NCBI GenBank assembly: GCA_002633005.1 | Contig: NMRA01000419.1 | Coordinates: 335,455-399,454, forward strand | DNA length: 64,000 nucleotides | Source: Phoronis australis | Lineage: Eukaryota; Animalia; Phoronida | Direction: 5' to 3' | Shown: piece after piece, positions 56,801 through 64,000 of the stretch | Layout of the letters: each line of letters begins with the position of its first letter | Position numbering within the stretch: position 1 is the stretch's first letter | Translations under genes and position numbers: made by a program | Notes under the pieces: model-generated | The model's input: only the letters and a program-made list of their open reading frames with translations | What the model was told of the DNA's origin: nothing | The model's database searches: none

Positions 56801-59800
56801 AGTTAGAAACACAACATGTAGCGATGATGTGAATATGAAGTACATTCAAAAGTAGGTTAAAAATTGCCAAATGTTTTTAAGAACAACTTTAAAGTGCCAA
56901 AAATGATCCACTGTAAATCACTCAACCCGTGTCCAGTAAGTCCAGTGGTGTTGGGGAATAACACTGCATGATGAGTGCTACGTGAGTCCCCACGGTACGT
57001 CATTAGTGCAAAGATCACATATTTGCAGAATTTCTTGTTTTCACATTTACAAGTTGTCAATGATTACAACTGCACTTTGAACAGGTATAATAAATATATG
57101 CAATTTTCAAAGAATGGAGTACGGCACAACTTTTTTTTAAGTCAACCATCTCAACGTCAGTTTTGGCAACTTCAGATTTCATTTGGTGTCCTAGGATGTT
57201 CGACAAGTGACATTTGGTACAAGGTCCAACATTGCTCAAAATAATTAAATTTTCCCTGTCCCAAACTGGAGGTGTTTTACCGCAGACACTGCAAGCTAGT
57301 GTGTGTACCTGATGGTAATTGTCTGGACCAACTGAGATGAGCTGTTGTTGTGAGGCCAATAGTTTCTTTCTCTTATGACTCTGCTTCTTAACCTCTGCCA
57401 GCTCTTTACACTTTTTGTCAAGCACCTTCTTAGTCTCTTCATGCTCCTAATACAACACATTACAAAGTATTATCAACATTCACGTTAGTCATGCTGTAAA
57501 TACAGCACAATACACAGTATTATCAAGGTTCAATAACATGACATTGTTAGCGCTTTGTAATTAGGTCAAGTGTTTGGAATATACATCCAGAGAAAACGAA
57601 CTATTTAGCACTGGGAACAATCCACTTATCTCACAGGACTTCTTGCGATAAACATCCAGGGACCCATTAGTACTTGCAACCGTTACACAGCAAGGAATGC
57701 ATAGTAGTTATGTGTAGTACAGTTAGCCCACTTGGCCTAATTAAGCATTTTGGTAACCATGGCAACCATGGCATGCTAAAGTAATCACAATTGGCAAAAC
57801 TGGCTTCAAGGTAAAACTTATAAGTGATTTTCAAAATATTAGGTCAAGAAACAAAACCAGCACAGAGTCAGTTGCTGAACAAACCAGCCTAGGTTTGATT
57901 TGCAAACTACCTGTTGTACTTTCGCAAGTTTCTCTTCCAAGTCACGGATGGATGAGGCCAAAAAATCTTGAGAGTGAAGCAAATATTCTATTGTCAACTG
58001 AGCAAGTTTGAACAGTTTTAAGAAGTTGGAGTCCACAAGCCTTGTATCCTGAAACATAGAAGAGACACACAATTTAATGATGTTGGACAAATCAGACTAA
58101 AATTACTAGGCTAAACTTTGACACTGAGTTACAACTGACAGATCTTAATCAACAGGCCAGTGCCAGTTGCCACAACAAGCGCTCAAAACCACCAACATTA
58201 ATGCAAGGTTGATGACCATAATCCAACAATTTCAGTGCTTGTGGGACCTCTATAGGAAAATGAATCATCCTACAATGTGTTTCAACAGCATGACAAATAC
58301 AATACAAGACAAAAGTATTCCATAAAATGACCCAGAATTGCCCATCACGACAGCTGGGTGGAAGCCAAATTCATCTTCACAGGGGTCTTCCATGGTGATC
58401 GAAGGGAAATCAACAGGAAAGTTTAAAAGTGGTGAAGACATTTTTATTGTTCAAATTTGCCACACCAGTAGTTATCAACAGTAATTTTTGCTATTAACAA
58501 AGAATATGTTGTCATGAGGGGAAAATGGTATTTTGTCTGATTATTATTGTCTTGTAACAAAGAATATGTTGTCATGAGGGGAAAATGGTATTTTGTCTGA
58601 TTACTATTGTCTTGTAACAAAGAATATGTTGTCATGAGGGGAAAATGGTATTTTGTCTGATTATTATTGTCTTGTAACAAAGAATATGTTGTCATGACGG
58701 GAAAATGGTATTTTGTCTGATTATTATTGTCTTGTAACAAAGAATATGTTGTCATGAGGGGAAAATGGTATTTTGTCTGATTATTATTGTCTTGTAACAA
58801 AGAATATGTTGTCATGAGGGGAAAATGGTATTTTGTCTGATTATTATTGTCTTGTAACAAAGAATATGTTGTCATGAGGGGAAAATGGTATTTTGTCTGA
58901 TTATTATTGTCTTGTAACAAAGAATATGTTGTCATGAGGGGAAAATGGTATTTTGTCTGATTATTATTGTCTTGTAACAAAGAATATGTTGTCATGAGGG
59001 GAAAATGGTATTTTGTCTGATTATTATTGTCTTGTAACAAAGAATATGTTGTCATGAGGGGAAAATGGTATTTTGTCTGATTATTATTGTCTTGTACAGT
59101 ACAACACAATTAACATTCATTATTCTGTTATAAATTACAGTAAAACAAGGAGCACTTTTCAGACTTTTCACACAAAACAAATTGTGTTGTGACTGATTGT
59201 ACTACACAGTATAGCACAACAAACAAGTACTACACAGTATAGCTCAACAAGCAAGTATTACACAGTATAGCTCAACAAACAAGTACTACACAGTATAGCT
59301 CAACAAACAAAAGCTAAACAACTACATAACTATTTACTGTAAAAATTCTTCAATTTTGCACAAAAATAAATACAAAATTGCAAATGTTCAATTTCCAATG
59401 GATATAACAATGTTGTGAAAGTCCACAGTTGTTCAAAATATTGTCTCAACGGTAGCCATTGTTCAGAACTTTGAAAATAGTAAAGCTTTACTTTGGTACT
59501 TCGTGTCTTTCGAAGAATAAAAATGTCGCTCGTTTATCAGACAGTGTCCTAAATTGGTGGGATTCTGCTACATAACAGACTGCTTTGTGAATGTTGTGAC
59601 AAACAACTGATCAACTAGTAGGGCGATATTAAAATGGTGGGATTCTGCTACATAACAGACTGCTTTGTGAATGTTGTGACAAACAACTGATCAACTAGTA
59701 GNTTGTGTTGTGACTGATTGTACTACACAGTATAGCACAACAAACAAGTACTACACAGTATAGCTCAACAAGCAAGTACTACACAGTATAGCTCAACAAA

Positions 59801-61512
59801 CAAAAGCTAAACAACTACATAACTATTTACTGTAAAAATTCTCCAATTTTGCACAAAAATAAATACAAAATTGCAAATGTTCAATTTCCAATGGATATAA
59901 CAATGTTGTGAACGTCCACAGTTGTTCAAAATATTGTCTCAACGGTAGCCATTGTTCAGAACTTTGAAAATAGTAAAGATTTACTTTGGTACTTCGTGTC
60001 TTTCGAAGAATAAAAATGTCGCTTGTTTATCAGACAGTGTCCTAAATTGGTGGGATTCTGCTTACATAACAGACTGCTTTGTGAATGTTGTGACAAACAA
60101 CTGATCAACTAGTGGGGCGATATTAAAATGGTGGCTTGGGCCACTTCACTGCTAAATACTAGGTAGTTCAATTGAATCATGACAGAACAGTGAAGTGGCC
60201 TAAACAGGTGTTGAGGCAGAATTAGAACCAAGACTTCATCATCACAAAGATTCTACGTCTGTTCGTTCAGAGGGCTGATAGCGACAAGGCTGTTCGTGCA
60301 GGACACTGATAGTGACAAGGTTCCTTTGGAAAGCACTTTATAAATGAAGCGGTCAAACTCATTTTAATAACTATAATCAGGATTCAGTAACTACCTTTTT
60401 TTCACTGTAAATGGCCAAGACAATAACTCACCACTTCAGATTCTATGTTACAGAAGGTGATATTCATCACATTCTCCTGAAGACTGTTGAAGTCCAGTTC
60501 ACGCGAGATTCGCTCTACATCCACTGCAGCTGTGGTGGAAAAGACCAATAGTTTGTTATTAAGTTCTAAAACACAATTCTACTAGACTTAACGTCTAGGC
60601 ATTGCAAATTTGCAATATAATACATTTTTAAAGATATATCATAGAACTGTTCAGTAGTATTCATTGTTATCCATGCCAGTCATCACAAAATAAATCATAT
60701 CATAGTTTCCAAAATTACAGAGAGTACAGCCATCACCAGTTTGCTGCTCACCAATAAGTCACCGCACAATGTCTGCAGGAAAGTCAGGACATTTAAACCC
60801 ACCTCCATTGTATCTTGACGACATTCCGTCACTTCATTTTTTGGCCATTCAAATGTCTGCCATGTTCTTTACAGAAATCTGCACATTAAGGTATACACTT
60901 GTTGTCATTGATATTTTTTATTTTTTTCAATGCACAAAGTGAAACCTGTAACCTTCAGCTTCTTAAGAATTAGTTGAATGTACCAGATACTGAACATGAA
61001 GACAGTCAAGCAACAAGACAAAGGATAATGTAAACCAAGGCAAAGAAAATTCAGGGATGACTGTACAAGCTCACTAGTTCTTGAATGACTATACAAGCTC
61101 ACTGTCTAGTTCTTGAATGACTATACAAGCTCACCAGTTCTTGAAATAGTATTAGGAAAGGTGCCTTTGTTACTTTCTGGACTAAACCATTTCTTTAACG
61201 CGAAATTTAAGGAACTTACCAACACATCCATACAAACTTTGCACATATTGAATTAAACAGAGATTTGTAAACGTGTGCGCCTATGGACAGGGTGAATTGG
61301 ATAAAATTCCAACAATATGCAGTATGCTTCTGATCATATTAAACACTCAGCAGGTGTTAAAATTTCATTTACAAACCAAGCTTCCTCCAATCAATTCGCT
61401 GGAACCTCTTCTTGAAGGAGAATACTCCTCCACCTCCATCACTGTAGTGACCATTGGTCATATCTGGACCTTGGTACTGATAGTCAGGAGGGCTGTAGCC
61501 AGGACCAGGCAT
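32860..61512 (-). CDS. DZIP1: DZIP1/DZIP1L (Iguana) homologue: Dzip-like N domain, C2H2 zinc finger and coiled coil; ciliary basal-body protein
   Basis: Minus-strand exons: 61377-61512 (FSFKKRFQRIDWRKL), 60432-60529 (AVDVERISRELDFNSLQENVMNITFCN), 57911-58048 (VDSNFLKLFKLAQLTIEYLLHSQ), 57309-57446, 56432-56695 (CPYCPKSFINHSFLQSHLVRRH), 54274-54573, 53732-53827, 51131-51328, 49489-49723, 46818-47131, 46029-46107, 45316-45571, 43332-43490, optional 42941-43069 and 42091-42150, 41182-41305, 39131-39226 (KKPAGSV), 38222-38298, 36408-36478, 32860-32969 (KSSLVSVTDWDS..*). Phases are consistent. The start ATG is tentative because an acceptor lies at 61530. Confidence 0.9.
34574..34719. repeat. 19-bp minisatellite (~7.5 copies)
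   Basis: Unit TATGGTAAGTGTATACATG. Confidence 0.92.
36678..36805 (+). mobile_element. Degenerate tRNA-derived SINE-like repeat; second copy at ~49750-49860
   Basis: Box A TAGCTCAGTGG at 36684. The body CAGAGCAAAGATCTTTTCAGATTTAA..AGGTCACAT..TATGACCAA..AAGACTAA is shared with 49776-49858, which keeps box B GTTCGAAAC. Confidence 0.5.
36844..37360 (-). mobile_element. HINE family A, 5'-truncated copy
   Basis: ACAAGAGCAACACATAGCGTTGAAATGCGCCCAC 3' end and internal units homologous to 8292-9314. Confidence 0.75.
37580..37655 (-). pseudogene. tRNA-derived sequence (left arm)
   Basis: GTCCTCAGTAGCTCAGTGGTAAGAGCACTATAACGGCAGTCTAGAGATCTGTGGTTCGATTCCCAGTTGGGGCTCC followed by a T run. Box A and box B intact; anticodon arm non-canonical. 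Confidence 0.75.
37889..37964 (+). pseudogene. tRNA-derived sequence (right arm)
   Basis: GTCCTCAGTAGCTCAGTGGTGAGAGCAGTAGAACGGCAATCTACAGAACTGTGGTTCGATTCCCAGTTGGGGCTCC followed by TGATTTTT. Anticodon stem GTAGA/TCTAC with loop ACGGCAA. Confidence 0.75.
38838..39130. repeat. ~25-26-bp compound minisatellite abutting a DZIP1 donor site
   Basis: TAACCAT(T/A)AC(A)TAAGACAGTCCTGGC variants running up to the exon boundary at 39131. Confidence 0.88.
39497..40958. mobile_element. Non-autonomous TIR element (ISL2EU-like ends) with internal nested fragments
   Basis: AT|AGAACTAATTCACGC...GCATGAATTAGGTCT|AT, with an extended imperfect TIR (CGAGGCTTGCTACGATAGCA / TGCTTATCGTAGAGAGCCTCG). The internal segment 40120-40173 recurs at ~56297-56356. 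Confidence 0.65.
43477..45387. other. Allelic/assembly duplication across single n at 44364
   Basis: 43477-44363 and 44365-45387 are near-identical with SNPs and indels, and contain only partial DZIP1 exons. Confidence 0.85.
47621..49420 (-). mobile_element. HINE family A, long copy with an expanded internal array (contains N gap 48146-48290)
   Basis: Reverse complement of 8292-9314, with GTGGGCGCATAAAAA at 49404 and extra internal units. Confidence 0.85.
50318..50914. other. Allelic duplication across n at 50654; the first copy carries a MITE left end at 50578-50653
   Basis: 50318-50577 matches 50655-50914. The first copy continues TTA|GGGCTGTTCCAGC and the second continues TTA|CAAAAT. Confidence 0.88.
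51577..51700. repeat. 35-bp minisatellite x3.5
   Basis: Unit AAATATGTCCAGTATTGCCACCATAGACATCACAT. Confidence 0.85.
52142..53550 (+). mobile_element. Decayed Penelope-like retroelement (RT/GIY-YIG remnant) with an inverted 5' copy of its 3' end
   Basis: RYVDDT at 52658, YWKPTHMDLYLNFSSN*HLQHKRSLMRTLLNRA and LRYIHGLSRKL are typical PLE reverse-transcriptase and linker motifs. 52142-52640 is an inverted copy of ~53085-53550. Contains stops and frameshifts. Confidence 0.8.
54843..55708 (-). mobile_element. HINE family A, full-length diverged copy
   Basis: GTGGGCGCATAAAAA at 55694 and 3' end TAAGAGCAACGCGGAGCAATGAAATGCGCC at 54843. Confidence 0.8.
58495..59096. repeat. 60-bp minisatellite x10, near-identical copies
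   Basis: Unit TAACAAAGAATATGTTGTCATGAGGGGAAAATGGTATTTTGTCTGATTATTATTGTCTTG, with single substitutions in two copies. Confidence 0.96.
59182..60132. other. Allelic duplication across n at 59702 with a VNTR copy-number difference
   Basis: 59182-59640 matches 59703-60132. The 28-bp TACTACACAGTATAGC unit is present x4 in one copy and x3 in the other. Confidence 0.85.
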
Positions 61513-61730
61513 AGCTGGGCAAATCTCAACTACAAAAGAACCACTCTTCTCACTTTTTGTCAAGAGGACTGTTGACAATTTCACACCCACTAATAATGCA
61601 GTTCTTATCACATCAAATTATAGAACTGAATTAGGTCAATAGTAAAAAATTCTTCTCTGACCTAGTTTCACTCAAGGCATCCGATTGCAACCCAAGTTGC
61701 AAAATTTGTGATAACCATCCTTTTAATTAC

Positions 61731-62175
61731 CAGGGATATACTTAGCCACACGCCCAGTCGCCAATGCGAGTAAAAATGGTGCAGGTCGAGTAGATGTTCA
61801 CTTGCCGGTCGACCAGGTGGCGAGCGAATTTTCAGCGCACAAAAGCATTCTATCATTTCCCAGATGAATATGAATAAATTTTCTCCTCCCTGTGCTGTTT
61901 TTATCATGAATGTAAAGTTATGTTTGGTCCGAATGTTGATGCTCCGGCAGTAAAAAAGATCGACACAGTGCATACCTACTGAGTCAGTAGATGTTCACCG
62001 TTATGCGTTTCGTCTGGACAAAAGGTCACAATGAGTGCAACATGTGGTGGTTCCTGCACAAAGGTGGACTAGTCCAAAATCAAGGAAAAGTGGGGAAAGG
62101 CGTTAGACTGGTCCGTGTGCTCACAACACATGAAATACCATATTTCTTGGAACTGAATTCTTATTTTACAGTGTA
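61731..62175 (-). mobile_element. Terminal fragment of the CAGGGATATAC hAT-like family
   Basis: Reverse-complement homology to ~25550-25986. Confidence 0.75.
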
Positions 62176-62931
62176 ACTTTATCGAAGATTATTTTGTAAA
62201 TAAAAACACTGAAAACATATAGAACATTACAGTGGTTGTCCTTGTTATCGTTATTAGGAAATTAAAACATCACAATTTTCAGCTAGATTGACTCATACAT
62301 GTACAGAGTCTATTTAGTGGAGCCATGAGATTTCCAGGTGAAAGGCTTTTACCATATTTTGGTCCAGCCATATGATATAGCAGTACAGCACAGCATTTCT
62401 CGGTGTGGCCACTGGCAAGACAATGAGTATTATTCCCATCCCTTGAAAACTGTTCTAGTCCACGCACGAGGAATCTTGGCACATTGACTTGTGCACGACT
62501 GGTGCACGTGCTATGGTCTTGGGTGTTCTCATTTTCATTTGTCAAGCATAATAATATTGAGTTTTTTAGAGGGAGTCAGTCCTCCTTGTAGGCAAAATGC
62601 GGCGGAAAAAAAGAAAATATTATGAGGAAAACAAGAGAAGGCGAGATTTTGAATCTGAATGGCACAAAGGGCGGGGCTGGCAAGAAGACGGCGTGCAATT
62701 TTAATTAAAATGTAGTTAGTGAGTTGGATGATGTATCATCTTGCATAGCCAACCAGCTAGCTGTAAGAAAACTATTGTCAAAATACAGTTAGGTACCACT
62801 GGGTTGAGCTCCGACAGTCCACAAAATTGCACACAGTGCGGGTAGTTCTGCTCGTTACCTTGTTGTGAAACTAGTATCAACATATAGAGCTAAAAGACCG
62901 GCGGGGGTGCATGCAAAATCTAGTACTCAAA

Positions 62932-64000
62932 CACCATTCACCTTGCACGTTACAGCCGTTTAAATGAAGAACAATCTAATGAACATCATTTTCTTGGGTC
63001 ATTCTCTGCCTTTTGTTACAAAGAAAAGTATGTCGTCGTTTTGAAAACAGTACGCTCGTGACACACGCATCCACAATTTCCTAAAATTTTACATCTCTCA
63101 GGAGATGATGGCAGTAAAATTTGTTCTGAAATTTGATTTGCTGGACTAAAATCTTATAATGAAGTGGAACTTATCAATAATTTGTTGTGATGTGTACGCA
63201 ACTTCGTGAAAGAACGACAGTTGATTGAAGAATCAACGAAAAAAGAAACTGGCCATTAGGTGATGCAACATTCATGCTGCCGAAAACCGAGGTAAAGATA
63301 GTGCGCACTTTTAGCAACAAAATAATGATAGAATGGCAATTATTCCAACAAAGGTAAATAATTTAGTTAGTGTACTCAAAGGGTACAGTTTCAATATAAT
63401 TTAGTGTACTCAAAGGGTATAGTTTCAATATAATTTAGTGTNCACCATTCACCTTGCACGTTACAGCCGTTTAAATGAAGAACAATCTAATGAACATCAT
63501 TTTCTTGGGTCATTCTCTCCCTTTTGTTACAAAGAAAAGTATGTCGTCGTTTTGAAAACAGTACGCTCGTGACACACGCATCCACAATTTCCTAAAATTT
63601 TACATCTCTCAGGAGAAGATGGCAGTAAAATTTGTTCTGAAATTTGATTTGCTGGACTAAAATCTTATAATGAAGTGGAACTTATTTCAATAATTTGTTG
63701 TGATGTGTACGCAACTTCGTGAAAGAACGACAGTTGATTGAAGAATCAACGAAAAAAGAAACTGGCCATTAGGTGATGCAACATTTCATGCTTCCGAAAA
63801 CCGAGGTAAAGACTTGCGCACTTTTAGCAACAAAATAATGATAGAATGGCAATTATTCCAACAAAGGTAAATAATTTAGTTAGTGTACTCAAAGGGTATA
63901 GTTTCAATATAATTTAGTGTACTCAAAGGGTATAGTTTCAATATAATTTAGTGTACTCAAAGGGTATAGTTTCAATATAATTTAGTGTACTCAAAGGGTA
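62932..64000. repeat. Duplication across n at 63442, ending in a 34-bp minisatellite
   Basis: 62932-63441 is repeated from 63443. The unit AATTTAGTGTACTCAAAGGGTATAGTTTCAATAT runs to the window end. Confidence 0.85.

Noticed and set aside
58444-59109. 221-aa repetitive ORF (QDNNNQTKYHFPLMTTYSLL)n
   Set aside because: By-product of a 60-bp minisatellite in a DZIP1 intron; the flanking exons join in phase without it.

Overview
AT-rich, intron-rich animal genomic DNA from a draft assembly (probably a marine invertebrate, possibly a lophotrochozoan), with N gaps and allelic duplications across single-n joins. It is not prokaryotic and has no CRISPR array. Reading splice sites by hand gives four conserved multi-exon genes: IWS1 (+, 5'-partial, 1-9893), RNASEH2B (-, 10520-21435), RPP38 (+, 21730-29040) and a DZIP1/DZIP1L homologue (-, 32860-61512). 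IWS1 and RNASEH2B are tail-to-tail, and RNASEH2B and RPP38 are head-to-head with about 295 bp between start codons. Introns hold non-autonomous mobile elements (Helentron/HINE-like, hAT-like, Harbinger-like and ISL2EU-like MITEs, a decayed Penelope-like element, tRNA-derived repeats) and minisatellites. The most unusual observations are: a ~420-bp palindrome carrying two outward-facing tRNA-like Pol III units; a HINE family whose internal repeats each carry a CTCF-consensus motif; an in-frame triplicated splice acceptor in IWS1; a stop-interrupted duplicate of the DZIP1 C-terminus; and filled and empty alleles of one MITE site side by side. Gene names rest on recalled similarity to vertebrate proteins, not on database searches.
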